From a virus: 64,000 bases of DNA. Of this stretch, positions 20,201 to 28,720 are shown one piece after another. Positions within the stretch are counted from its first letter, which is position 1. Every line of letters starts with the position of its first letter. Location of the stretch: positions 4,814 to 68,813 of the IMG/VR virus record IMGVR_UViG_3300036859_000309, one strand, 5' to 3'. The notes beneath the pieces were generated by a model that was not told where the DNA came from, made no database searches, and was given only the letters and a program-made list of their open reading frames with translations. A program made the translations under genes and the position numbers.

Positions 20201-20449
20201 TCTTCCAACTTCCTGCGAGGCGTCGTACCTCTGGGAGAAACCACCGAAACCTATGAAGTCGAGTTCTACACAAGCGGCGGCTTTACCACGCTGGCCGGCA
20301 CCTTGAGCGCCAATTCAACACGATCCCTGCTGGTCACGAGCGCACAGCAGACGGCCATGGGCCTGACGCCTGGTGCCACGCTCAACGTCCGCATCTATCA
20401 AGTAAGCGACGCGATCGGCCGCGGTCGCTCGTTCCAAGGAGTGATCTAA
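17288..20449 (+). CDS. Central tail tip / host-specificity protein (GTA-like)
   Basis: GPRLDDLKVQ.STYG..IP..YG; PAYRG; C-terminal RG..GTE and LTWQRRTR; 1053 aa. Confidence 0.88.
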   Translation: MSMQSVLGVVGGVVGSFFGYPQLGFVVGSLVGGLLTPKEKTEGPRLDDLKVQVSTYGAGIPILYGTERIGGNVIWSTDKIETSTTEEAGKGGGAEHTSYRYFVHMRIALCETPRDGSTVNLVKIYKDGKLIWDDSTGISVGSALASAENPYSFFTLYQGHSDQLPDAVEEIYQGGPGTLPAYRGVVSISMKAIECPGGRVPQFSFVLSTNATASSERLLYGLAEGDGDSDAAMVNGEAVQIENYPAVNSSAVRVTRIQRGASVSPPSALTTLTTAAVHWAVVPVSGSNAAKAIHPYSVSGANFAYGLVNFDAGTETELIAGTTSSAWCVLNAEYAIEDQVSGTYLLKDAAQVVLLPAGTVVSLPASPRGVGYYEEYIYVVTFTSSKFQLVKMDSSGTVISTIENPTIMATGPVVRVITKATGVYVVALTTDSLGNRPVWKVGTAWDLLCVDTGVINWSANYADVDCNDTYCLIGPAQNDTGVGQVSYQMVRFSAISIDEVKVSDIIADQCERAGETRYDVSGIPDADTLHGYKLQNPASARNNIDPLLTAFAIYMVDEDGLIKFKKYEDITSEATISYDELGQAEDGSEPADAMPLNRAQEIDLPRSVAVSYVEETFDYQTATEKETRQVTEANEDLTIELPIATDSDRAKKVAQMILFARWRAQNTRSLKVSRKYAFLSPGDGITVEYPRGTSRLWRIMSQTDTGALIELNVEPGDAEIYTQTAIGANDYVQQEVADLEPATRTQIIDSAILRDEDNNAGPYVAFDAAGSGWSGAELFVGNDDSDLTSRGTVSTNAPIGFSEDALGTFGSRVVVDTINTLTVSMGDDTLSSITRDVLLAGTSNVAAIGAPGRWELIKFQTADSLGSGRYTLSTFMRGLKGTEWARSTHAVGDIFVLLVPSGMLRPSSDAGTVGMPRSYRGISKGRSVDSVASIVYANTGEGLKPLAPWDARKSVSASNDQTLTWQRRTRLSSNFLRGVVPLGETTETYEVEFYTSGGFTTLAGTLSANSTRSLLVTSAQQTAMGLTPGATLNVRIYQVSDAIGRGRSFQGVI

Positions 20450-21811
20450 ATGTCAGGTTCCACATCCCTGCTGCCCGGCGTAGTCGAAGGCACCGGGGCC
20501 GTTACTACCGTCAATGAGACGTTCGACGCCGCATCGCCGGCAACGATCGGGGCTCGCAACGCCACTACGTCGAGCCTTCTGACGTGGGGCTACTTCGGAG
20601 GTCGCATCAGCGGCGTGGATCGGGCCAACGGCACCGTCACGCTGACCGCCAGCGCCACGAACTATGTCGTGATGAAGAAGTCGGACCTCGTGGTTTCGGT
20701 GTCGACCGCAACCACGAACTGGAACGACAGCGCCAACTACTGGCGCCTGTACTCGATCGTGACCAACGCCACGACGGCAACGTCCTGGATTGACGAGCGA
20801 TTCGGGACTGCCGGGCTCTTCCCTCCGGGTGGTGCAGGTGGCGCGGGCCTGACGAACTTTACTGAGTCGGTCAACACCTCCGCTCCGAATGCCACGGTGC
20901 CGGTCGTGCAGTTGCTCGCGACCAACGCCGCGACGAATGTCGATGTCGCGCTCTCGCCGAAGGGTACTGGCGCGATCACGGTGAAGGTCGCCGACAACGG
21001 CACCACAAACGGCAACAAGCGAGGGACTGGCGCGGTCGATCTGCAGACTGACCTGAACGGCACCGCCGCGAACGTGGCTTCCGGTATCAAGTCATTCCTT
21101 TTGGGTGGCTTGGGGAACAAGGCGACAGGCGACAACGGCGGCGTCTTGGGTGGAACGAACAACACCAGCAGCAACGCTTCGGCAGTCGTCGCAGGAGGAA
21201 CCTCCAACACCGCCAGCGCTTCGGGTGGCTTCATTGGGGGCGGGACCGGCAACGCCGCGAGTACAGGCAACTACAACGCAGTCCTCGGCGGCAATACCAA
21301 TACGGCCAGCGGCAGCAGCAACGCCGTGGTGACTGGAGGCCAGAACAACTTGGCCGATGCCCTCAACTCCAGCGCCTCGGGTCACTACGCGACCACGCGT
21401 GGAGTGATCGGCTGCAAGGCGCATTCGAGCCACTCCCAATCTGGCAGCGCCGGCCTGCGCCAGAAGAGGGAGGCCGTGCTGCAACTGAACACGGCCAATG
21501 CGACGCCAGCCGCGATGACGACCAACGCTGCAGCCTCCGCAGCGACGAACCAGTTCAACCTGGTCACCGGCAGCGGCCTCAAGGTCAGGGGTCAGGTCAT
21601 GGTGCGCAACACCGCCAACGGCGACTGCGGTTGGTGGGACATCAGCGGCGCCTGCAAGAACGTCGGCGGCACGGTGACCCTCTCCGGTACGCCCGTCATC
21701 AGCGCTTACGCCGGGGAAGCGAGCCTGAACACCTGCGCGGTCGCCATCGTGGCCGACAACACGGCCAAAGCTCTCCAGGTCCAAGTCACCGGCATCGCGA
21801 TCGTCACCTGA
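20450..21811 (+). CDS. Tail fibre / receptor-binding protein
   Basis: GNKRG..AVDLQ then GG..N.AS repeats (adhesin-like beta-roll). Confidence 0.75.
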   Translation: MSGSTSLLPGVVEGTGAVTTVNETFDAASPATIGARNATTSSLLTWGYFGGRISGVDRANGTVTLTASATNYVVMKKSDLVVSVSTATTNWNDSANYWRLYSIVTNATTATSWIDERFGTAGLFPPGGAGGAGLTNFTESVNTSAPNATVPVVQLLATNAATNVDVALSPKGTGAITVKVADNGTTNGNKRGTGAVDLQTDLNGTAANVASGIKSFLLGGLGNKATGDNGGVLGGTNNTSSNASAVVAGGTSNTASASGGFIGGGTGNAASTGNYNAVLGGNTNTASGSSNAVVTGGQNNLADALNSSASGHYATTRGVIGCKAHSSHSQSGSAGLRQKREAVLQLNTANATPAAMTTNAAASAATNQFNLVTGSGLKVRGQVMVRNTANGDCGWWDISGACKNVGGTVTLSGTPVISAYAGEASLNTCAVAIVADNTAKALQVQVTGIAIVT

Positions 21812-21821
21812 TGCCGCCCCC

Positions 21822-22340
21822 ATGGAGCCCACCCCAATGAGCCCTTTCGTCGCCGACCTTCGCAAGTACGCCTTGCAAGCGAAGAGCATCCCGCTGAATC
21901 AAGACAAGGTCGAAGTCCGAATCTACGCGGCGTTGCTCACCGCAGTCGCCGGCTACTTTCTCATCGGTGAGCCGATTCTTGATCTGCTCACGGTGCCGCA
22001 GTCGCCCATCCGCAGCGTGGCAGGCCTGGCGCCATCGATCTGGTGCGTGGTCGCTGCCTTCACGATCTGCGCACTCGGCCTGCTGCCACACCTTCTGATG
22101 CTGCTGTTCAATCCGACGGCTCTTTGGAGAAAGTGGCCGCGCAGCGTGGCAGCAAAGTCGGCCCTTGGCGCGGCGGTGATCTGGATCTACCTCATGAACC
22201 TTTCCCTCCCGATGGACCTCGGTGCCATCGAGTGGACCTATGGGCTGCGCGCGCTCGGCGCACTGCTGCTCTCCTTCAGCTACGGCTACTCCGTTAACGC
22301 CCAACAGGGACGCGAGATCCTCCATGCAAAAAGCGACTAG
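21822..22340 (+). CDS. Multi-pass membrane protein in lysis cassette
   Basis: About four hydrophobic segments. Confidence 0.65.
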   Translation: MEPTPMSPFVADLRKYALQAKSIPLNQDKVEVRIYAALLTAVAGYFLIGEPILDLLTVPQSPIRSVAGLAPSIWCVVAAFTICALGLLPHLLMLLFNPTALWRKWPRSVAAKSALGAAVIWIYLMNLSLPMDLGAIEWTYGLRALGALLLSFSYGYSVNAQQGREILHAKSD

Positions 22341-22818
22341 CCGTCTCCTCGTGGCATGGCTGCTGTGCTACAGCGCCTTGACATACGCCGCGTCCAGCCT
22401 CGCGCAGGACGTCGCCCAGTACGACTGGGCATCGCTGTTGTGCGCATTTGCCGCGGGCCTCCTCGGCGGAGCCGGGCGCACGATCCTGACGCTCGTCAGC
22501 GATAAAGAGTTCGTCGGCAACATACGGCTCGTGCTGGTGAAGGACCTGGTGGTTGCAATGATCGGAGGCGGCTTCGCCTACATCGCGATCCAGGGATACA
22601 ACGGCATCGCGGCTGGCTTGACCATCGTCTCGCTCCCGCAGATCGCTCGCGACTTCCGGATCCTCATCATCGTCGTCGCCGGCGCCTCGCGCGGCCGCTG
22701 GCTGGGGGTCGTCGATCGGTTCACCACCGATGCAATCGCCAATGCGCGTCAGAAGCTGCGCGGCGGCGCGCCGGTCGATCCGCCGAGCTCCGCGGCGATG
22801 CCGCTATCCGATAAGTGA
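22324..22818 (+). CDS. Putative holin
   Basis: Several TM segments, directly before endolysin. Confidence 0.6.
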   Translation: MQKATSRLLVAWLLCYSALTYAASSLAQDVAQYDWASLLCAFAAGLLGGAGRTILTLVSDKEFVGNIRLVLVKDLVVAMIGGGFAYIAIQGYNGIAAGLTIVSLPQIARDFRILIIVVAGASRGRWLGVVDRFTTDAIANARQKLRGGAPVDPPSSAAMPLSDK

Positions 22819-22826
22819 GGTCGACC

Positions 22827-23453
22827 ATGAAGACTCGTTCCGAACTCGAATGGGCCCGCATCCTGATCGCGTGCGGCGTCAGGCAGATCACGGCCGCCAG
22901 ATGGTCACCGGCGTTCGCGATGCTGTTGAAGGGCGATGCGCTTAGCGCAGGCGATGCTGAGCTCGATGACTTCCTCGGCCAGGTCCTGCACGAGTGCAAT
23001 TTCCTTGAGCGGCTGGAGGAGGGGCTCAACTACAGCACGCCGGGGCGCCTGATGGCCGTGTGGCCGTCGCGCTTCCCCTCGCTCGAGTCCGAGCGCCCGT
23101 ACCTGCGCAATCCCGAGGCCTTGGCGAACAAGGTCTACGGCGGCCGGATGGGCAACGTCGAGCCGGGCGACGGCTGGAAGTACCGTGGCAGGGGGCCGAT
23201 CCAGCTCACCGGCCGCGACAACTACGCCGCCACCGGCGCCGCGATCGGCGTCGACCTGGTGGGAAATCCTGGCCTGATGACGACGCCTGCTGTCGGGCTG
23301 GAAGCGACCATTCGATGGTGGGAGCGAACGGTGCCCGACTCGGTGATGGGAAACTTGCCGGCGGTCACCAAGCGCGTGAACGGCGGCACCACCGGCATCG
23401 CCGAGCGCCGGCACATCACCGAGGCAGCCGCACGAGCGCTGGCCGCGTCATGA
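22827..23453 (+). CDS. Endolysin, glycoside hydrolase family 19
   Basis: FLGQVLHE, EEGLNY, LANKVYGGRMGN, GDGWKYRGRGPIQLTGRDNY, TKRVNGG. Confidence 0.95.
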   Translation: MKTRSELEWARILIACGVRQITAARWSPAFAMLLKGDALSAGDAELDDFLGQVLHECNFLERLEEGLNYSTPGRLMAVWPSRFPSLESERPYLRNPEALANKVYGGRMGNVEPGDGWKYRGRGPIQLTGRDNYAATGAAIGVDLVGNPGLMTTPAVGLEATIRWWERTVPDSVMGNLPAVTKRVNGGTTGIAERRHITEAAARALAAS

Positions 23454-23500
23454 GCGCGATCTGGTGGGCCATGTGGTGGCGTCCCTGGGGCTGGTGGTGA
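23450..23500 (+). CDS. Putative 16-aa Trp-rich micropeptide MSAIWWAMWWRPWGWW
   Basis: ATGA overlap with the endolysin stop and GTGA overlap with the next ORF. Confidence 0.4.
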   Translation: MSAIWWAMWWRPWGWW

Positions 23501-23700
23501 TCACGTCGCAGCAGCCTGGCGTTCCGCTGCCGTACTTCCTCGCGGAAGCGGTGGCGCACCCGACCCCATACGACCATCCGCAGGACGCCGACAAGCCGGA
23601 CGGCCTGAGCCTCAACACGTGCGTGGCCTGCAACAACGTCTTCCGCGGTTTGCGGACCCGCGTCACCTGCCACGTCTGCGCGCGGCCGCTCGAGCTATGA
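23497..23700 (+). CDS. Small Zn-finger-like protein
   Basis: CVAC...CHVC; coupled to neighbours. Confidence 0.55.
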   Translation: MITSQQPGVPLPYFLAEAVAHPTPYDHPQDADKPDGLSLNTCVACNNVFRGLRTRVTCHVCARPLEL

Positions 23701-24062
23701 ATCCTCTCTCCAAGTACCTGATCATCGGCCTGGGCATCCTGCTGGGTCTGAGCGCGCTCACGAACATCGGCTTGACCAAGGCCTACTTGAAGGCCCGAGA
23801 TGCGAAGACGCAGGCGATTGCCGATCGCGACAGTGCGCGCGGCGCGGCGACGGCGTGCAGCGATGCCACGGAGGCCTTGGCCGAGCTGTCGAACAAGCGT
23901 CACAAGGAGGGCGAGGCCGCGCGCGTGGCCGCTGAGAAGAGGGCGCGCGGCTGGCAGCAGACCGCGCAGCGCATCCTGACCTCTCCTCAGAAGGTGCCCG
24001 GCAACGTGTGCGCCAGCGCGCAGGCTGAGGTCGACGAAGAACTCGCGGGGAGAGAGCCATGA
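23697..24062 (+). CDS. Inner-membrane spanin (Rz-like)
   Basis: N-terminal TM then coiled coil with C-terminal Cys. Confidence 0.75.
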   Translation: MNPLSKYLIIGLGILLGLSALTNIGLTKAYLKARDAKTQAIADRDSARGAATACSDATEALAELSNKRHKEGEAARVAAEKRARGWQQTAQRILTSPQKVPGNVCASAQAEVDEELAGREP

Positions 24063-24364
24063 AGCGCAGCACGAGGCGAATCCTGCTCGACCTCTCCATG
24101 GTGGCGCTGATCGTCCTGGCGGCGTCGCTCATGACCGGGTGCAGCGCCACCGGGGGCGCCCTCAACGTGAAGACGGCCGTGGGCGTCGAATGCAAGGCGC
24201 TGAAGCCCGAGCGCCCCGTCTTCGCGACTGAGGGGCTGCGCAAGGGCGCCGATGTCGAGCAATACGTGCGCGCCGCGCGCGCTGAGCGGCTGCAGCGCGA
24301 CGGCTACGAAGAGAAGCTACGCGCGGCGCTCGCCGAGTGCATCGCACCCATCGCGAAGCCCTGA
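24059..24364 (+). CDS. Outer-membrane spanin lipoprotein (Rz1-like)
   Basis: Lipobox LMTGC; follows i-spanin. Confidence 0.75.
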   Translation: MKRSTRRILLDLSMVALIVLAASLMTGCSATGGALNVKTAVGVECKALKPERPVFATEGLRKGADVEQYVRAARAERLQRDGYEEKLRAALAECIAPIAKP

Positions 24365-24383
24365 CCACCTGGACCCCATGCCC

Positions 24384-24406
24384 GCCGCCGGCCTTGGCGG
24401 CTTTTT
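24384..24406 (+). terminator. Intrinsic terminator after lysis cassette
   Basis: GCCGCC-loop-GGCGGC + TTTTT. Confidence 0.7.
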
Positions 24407-24426
24407 CATTTCTGAAGGATGCCCCC

Positions 24427-26889
24427 ATGAGTCTGATCAAGATCGCCATCAGCCAGGCCAACGACAGTGGCCAGTTCGGCGAGCCCGTCACCTTCGTGTT
24501 TGAGTCGCTTGGCGTGGCGCTCCCACCCGCTCCTGCACCAGAGCCCCCGGCCCCTCCGCCTGCGCCTGAACCGCCAGCGCCACCCCCCGCACCGGAACCG
24601 CCTCCTCCACCACCTCCGCCTCCGGCGACCGTGATCAACGAGTTCGTTGCCAGCACGTCGAGCGTGTCCCCGGGCGACCTCGTGACGCTTTCGTGGGAGA
24701 CCGACAATGCCACTGGGGTCGAGATTTCCAACGACCAGGACACCGATGTGGTACTGGGAGGTCCATCCGGTTCCTACTACACATACCCGCAGGCCGCGAC
24801 CCTGTTCACCCTCAAGGCGATTGGTGCCGCCGGCGAAGTCCAGTCCATCGTGTTCGTGGGCATCAACGCCGCAGAACCGCCCCCAGCGCCTCCGCCAGCC
24901 CCGGAGCCACCTGCACCCCCACCTCCACCTCCGGCAGCCCCGCCACCGGGCCCCGGGCCCGTCGTTGGTGACATCGTCGACGCCAACGGTCAGATTGTGC
25001 AGTCGGCCTACGTGGCCGTCGCCAAGGACTGGACTGGGCCTGTCGCGATGCACATGCGATACGGCGAAGCTTCGGTGGTGAACGACGCGCCCGAGCTGCC
25101 CCTCGCTCCCATCGTTGGGACGATCACCGATGGTTATGGCGGCGGGCGCTCCCTGTACCAGTTCGGCGGCCCCGAGGACACGTCGATGGGCGACTATGTC
25201 AATAACTCCGGTGCCGGCCTCGTGCTGGGCGCCACCTTGCTCGAATCGGTCGTGCGCCTGACCACGATGGCGAAGGATCGGGGTTGCATCTCGCTCAACC
25301 CGGATGTGTTCTGGCAGGACGGCCGCGACCCGGTGCCGCAGCAGCTGCGCGACTACATCGCCGCAGGCATCTTGCGCCTCGACGACAAGCCGGTCTACCA
25401 GATTCGCCATGCTGGCCCGGGCGATACGGGCGTGACGCGCAACTCGGTCGTGGCCACCCAGGGCACCGAGACGCGAGGTGCGGTGATCTTCAACATCGGC
25501 ACCGCCACCGCTCCGGGCAGTCTGGCCCATGTGCAGCTCCCGGTGGGCTACTCCGTCACCTCGATGGACGTGAGCGACTGCAACGAGTTCGTCTACGCCA
25601 CGGCATGGAACTGGATCGACGGCAACGGCTACGTGATCGTGATAGCACTCGGCTGCATCCGTCCCTATCAGCAGATCGACGACCCGCTGCCGTGGCATGA
25701 GTGGTGGAACGAGTGGCAGTGTGGGGTCAAGCCAGGGCTGTTCAACCAAGGCAACATCGGCTTCATGAAGATCATGGGCTACGTGCCGCTGCCTGACAGC
25801 ATGAAGGCCCCCACATGCTGCCGCGTGATGACCGGTGTGACCGGCTTCTCCACCATCGTGGCCCAGGGCGCCGACCCCGGCAATGTCGCCGAGCTGGCCT
25901 ACCCGCTGAAGGACAACTTGGCGAAGTTCCAGCCCGGTGGTTCGTGGTATGAAACCTATGCCAAGGATGGCCTGCTGATCGTGGGGAGCTACTCCGAGAA
26001 GAACCAGTGCCTGATCGATCTGAAGCCCCTGATCGGCTACATGAACAACATGTACTTCGGTTCGCCCTCCAACAACGCGCAGACCCAGTTGCCGAATGTG
26101 GGCATGGCCGAGAACCAGTGGCCGTTCTTTCTTCCTGCGAGCAGCCCCCACCTGCCGAAGGTCATCAAGGTCGAGGACGCGGGTGGTCGCGTGCGGGCGA
26201 TTGTCAGCACGATCGGCTACGGGTACTGGAACAAGTACAACGAGCGACGCAACCCGACACCGACCTTCACCGGCTGGCGGCCCGATCCCCGCATCCCGGC
26301 CTTCTGGACGGTGCTGGCCGAGGGCAAGGTCACCATCCACGAGGTGGGCAAGTGGGTGATGGGCTGCAAGCCGGTGCGCCAGACGACTCCAATCACCGAG
26401 GTGCCCGGCACGCCCACCGCCGCGGAGATTCGCAAGATCGGCGAGGTGACCGGCCTGGGCGCGAACCTCACGCACGCGGGCAATGTGAAGGACTTCCCGG
26501 TGGACATGCAGGGCATCGCCTGGAGTCCGGAAGAGGGCGACAACAAGCCGCACGCGATGAGCCACATGCTGATGCTCTGCGTGCGCGGCGAGCGCGCTGT
26601 GAAGTTCATCCAGTTCTCGCTGCTCGACGGCGGCAAGACGGCATTCCCGCGCTTCGTGCTGAAGGACAAGGATCTCGATCCGATGTGGGCCGAGCTGGCG
26701 GACTCCTACGACCAGCGCACCGGCAGCCTGGCAGTGTGTGATGGCCAGGGCTACCTGAAGAGCTTCCGCGTGCTGCCCTTCAGCTACCGCGGCAAGAGCT
26801 ACCCGCTGCCTCCTGAAGGCGCTCAGCGCTGCGGCCGCTTCTCGGTGGCGGCCCCGATGCTGTCCTACTCGATGGGCAACGTTCCCTGA
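24427..26889 (+). CDS. Large hypothetical protein (820 aa): Pro-rich linkers, Ig/PKD-like module, uncharacterised C-terminal domain
   Basis: GAAGGA RBS; PAPEPP repeats flank FVAS..VSPGD.VTLSWETDNA. Confidence 0.8.
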   Translation: MSLIKIAISQANDSGQFGEPVTFVFESLGVALPPAPAPEPPAPPPAPEPPAPPPAPEPPPPPPPPPATVINEFVASTSSVSPGDLVTLSWETDNATGVEISNDQDTDVVLGGPSGSYYTYPQAATLFTLKAIGAAGEVQSIVFVGINAAEPPPAPPPAPEPPAPPPPPPAAPPPGPGPVVGDIVDANGQIVQSAYVAVAKDWTGPVAMHMRYGEASVVNDAPELPLAPIVGTITDGYGGGRSLYQFGGPEDTSMGDYVNNSGAGLVLGATLLESVVRLTTMAKDRGCISLNPDVFWQDGRDPVPQQLRDYIAAGILRLDDKPVYQIRHAGPGDTGVTRNSVVATQGTETRGAVIFNIGTATAPGSLAHVQLPVGYSVTSMDVSDCNEFVYATAWNWIDGNGYVIVIALGCIRPYQQIDDPLPWHEWWNEWQCGVKPGLFNQGNIGFMKIMGYVPLPDSMKAPTCCRVMTGVTGFSTIVAQGADPGNVAELAYPLKDNLAKFQPGGSWYETYAKDGLLIVGSYSEKNQCLIDLKPLIGYMNNMYFGSPSNNAQTQLPNVGMAENQWPFFLPASSPHLPKVIKVEDAGGRVRAIVSTIGYGYWNKYNERRNPTPTFTGWRPDPRIPAFWTVLAEGKVTIHEVGKWVMGCKPVRQTTPITEVPGTPTAAEIRKIGEVTGLGANLTHAGNVKDFPVDMQGIAWSPEEGDNKPHAMSHMLMLCVRGERAVKFIQFSLLDGGKTAFPRFVLKDKDLDPMWAELADSYDQRTGSLAVCDGQGYLKSFRVLPFSYRGKSYPLPPEGAQRCGRFSVAAPMLSYSMGNVP

Positions 26890-26914
26890 GCAAGGTTCCT
26901 GCTGTCACAACGTG

Positions 26915-26940
26915 GCCCCCGGCTTTGGCCGGGGGCTTTT
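26915..26940 (+). terminator. Intrinsic terminator
   Basis: GCCCCCGGC-TTTG-GCCGGGGGC + TTTT. Confidence 0.85.
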
Positions 26941-26969
26941 CTCATTGGGCTCGCATCGTCGCTGAAATG

Positions 26970-26994
26970 AAAAAAGCCGCCCGAAGGCGGCTTT
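26970..26994 (-). terminator. Intrinsic terminator of pilin gene
   Basis: AAAAAAGCCGCC-CGAA-GGCGGC on + strand. Confidence 0.85.
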
Positions 26995-27011
26995 GCAAGT
27001 CGGGTGCGAGA

Positions 27012-27494
27012 TCAGATGGGCGCGCCGGTCGCACCGCAGGTCTTGGGAAGAATCGACGCGTCGACGTTCGATTCGCAGGTCCACTTCGAACCATTGACCG
27101 AGTAGACGAGGTGGTAGGTCATGGTCTTGCTGACCAACTTGGGGTTCACGCCAGTTGCTTTGAACGTGGCCATGACAGTGCAGCCTCCGGTAGCGGCCGC
27201 CGTACCAGCACTGGTCACGCTCAGCACGTACTTGCCGGTGATGGCGGTCGCAATACCGATATCGCCAACTGCGGCGGCAGCATTCGCCGGGCACGTGTTG
27301 TCTTGCGGGAAGCTCAACTCGATATTCTTCTTGACGCCGTCGGCGAGCGTTGCGGCTTCGGTCAACTGGGCCTTGGCGGTGTAGTCCTGATAGGCGGGCA
27401 GCGCGACAGCGGCCAGGATGCCGATGATGGCCACCACGATCATCAACTCGATGAGGGTGAAGCCGCGTTGAGCGGAGCGAATAGCACGGTTCAT
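27012..27494 (-). CDS. pilA: Type IVa major pilin
   Basis: [11 protein letters not shown]|[27 protein letters not shown] prepilin motif; C-terminal WTC...PKTC disulfide loop; AGGAG RBS. Confidence 0.93.
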   Translation of the reverse strand: MNRAIRSAQRGFTLIELMIVVAIIGILAAVALPAYQDYTAKAQLTEAATLADGVKKNIELSFPQDNTCPANAAAAVGDIGIATAITGKYVLSVTSAGTAAATGGCTVMATFKATGVNPKLVSKTMTYHLVYSVNGSKWTCESNVDASILPKTCGATGAPI

Positions 27495-27541
27495 ATGGAA
27501 ACTCCTAGTAGTGATGCCGGGAACTCCGGACGCCTGACATG

Positions 27542-27557
27542 TGCAGCATGCATGCCA
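27542..27557 (-). promoter_or_regulatory. Sigma-54 (-24/-12) promoter of pilin gene
   Basis: Minus strand TGGCATGCATGCTGCA: GG-N10-GC. Confidence 0.8.
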
Positions 27558-27601
27558 AGACAAGCTTGACCGTTGCCCCCCAAAAAATGAGAACTACTGC
27601 A

Positions 27602-27647
27602 TGACGGCGCGTGACACGATCCGGCTCTGACTGACAAAATGCGTCAC
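27602..27647. promoter_or_regulatory. Putative activator (PilR-type) binding sites
   Basis: Repeated TGAC half-sites and imperfect palindrome TGACAAAATGCGTCA upstream of the sigma-54 promoter. Confidence 0.5.
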
Positions 27648-27980
27648 ATGAGAGCACATTTTGTTTCTGTTGTCGCCATGCTGCTTGCCGGCTGCACTCC
27701 CGGCGCGACCGAGCATGCAGGGACGCCTTCAGATTTCGGCGCCGCCATTGTGGCCTCGGCACTTGCGTCAGCAATGAAGGAATGCAGTTTGGCAGGTTAT
27801 GAAGACCTTGCCACCTGCATAGAAGCGCCCATGGCAATCGCTGGGGGCGCCCGCAGAGCAGCCCTGGTAGCACAGGATATGAGCCTCACCTACGCTGCCG
27901 CATGCGGCGAATCGCTCGGCGCCCAGCGGTGCGACGACATGCTCATGAGCGCGTATGTCAGCGCTCAGGCTCTTCGCTGA
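27648..27980 (+). CDS. Putative Cys-rich lipoprotein
   Basis: Lipobox LAGC after a hydrophobic leader. Confidence 0.55.
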   Translation: MRAHFVSVVAMLLAGCTPGATEHAGTPSDFGAAIVASALASAMKECSLAGYEDLATCIEAPMAIAGGARRAALVAQDMSLTYAAACGESLGAQRCDDMLMSAYVSAQALR

Positions 27981-28359
27981 GCGCCTGAAGCGTCTTAGCC
28001 ACCTCGAGCAACTCGTCGGGGTTGTCGATGAAGTGCTTAACCGCAATGCGGGCCATTGGTCTCTTTTCCGGCGGCATCATCTCCAGGCTCTCTCGCAAGT
28101 AGCGCAGGCAACCCAAGAGCGTGAGCCCCTCCGCAGATGGCGTTTCGCCGTTCCTGCAGAACCATCCGGCCCGGCCTGGGAGCGCCTCAATCTTGTCCAT
28201 GGTCGCATCGCTGATCGGTCGGATGCCGGCCTGCATGCCGCGGATCTGCTCGCCTGATTTGTGGCCGATCGCTTCGCCCAGAGCGCGGCTACTGCCCATC
28301 TCCTGAACGATCAGCGCAAGGCGCTTTCGTCGCCACGTCAAAACCTCTTCTTGATTCAT
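27958..28359 (-). CDS. HTH protein resembling a phage repressor N-terminal domain
   Basis: RRKRLALIV..GSSRALGEAIG...RPISDATMDKIE...GWF. Confidence 0.55.
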   Translation of the reverse strand: MNQEEVLTWRRKRLALIVQEMGSSRALGEAIGHKSGEQIRGMQAGIRPISDATMDKIEALPGRAGWFCRNGETPSAEGLTLLGCLRYLRESLEMMPPEKRPMARIAVKHFIDNPDELLEVAKTLQALSEEPER

Positions 28360-28385
28360 GGCACGGCACGATACCACTGCTCCGT

Positions 28386-28673
28386 CTAGGCGCTCCGAGT
28401 CTCGCAGTACCACGTCTGATGCACCCAGGCGCCACCGGCTGACCGCTCGACACCCGCGAAGCTGATCGTGTCGCTGTAGATCGCGGCGAGCACGGGCCGG
28501 TATAGCAGGCCGTACGGCTCCTGCATCTGCCCGGGCCCGCTCTCGTAGAGACCGAGCTTCGGCAGCGCGCCAGGGACCAGCTGCAGCATGCCGTGCGCCC
28601 ACTCTTGATCGGCGAACTCTCGATTGGAGAGCTTGCGGCCGTCCCGATAGCGGCGCTTCATCCTGACTCGCAT
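28386..28673 (-). CDS. Hypothetical protein
   Basis: MRVRMKRRYRDG...FAGVER...QTWYC; divergent from ligase gene. Confidence 0.55.
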   Translation of the reverse strand: MRVRMKRRYRDGRKLSNREFADQEWAHGMLQLVPGALPKLGLYESGPGQMQEPYGLLYRPVLAAIYSDTISFAGVERSAGGAWVHQTWYCETRSA

Positions 28674-28720
28674 CGAGGAAGCATAGCGCCGACCACCCCC
28701 GCGCGCGCCATACTGGCGCC

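Noticed and set aside
21780-21811. Possible truncation of the tail fibre C-terminus
   Set aside because: The end looks abrupt, but there is no evident continuation in another frame; needs homologue alignment
24406-26565. Long opposite-strand ORFs (also 44012-45958, 41730-43262, 36098-37453, 12376-13509)
   Set aside because: Shadow ORFs of genuine GC-rich genes; no recognisable motifs
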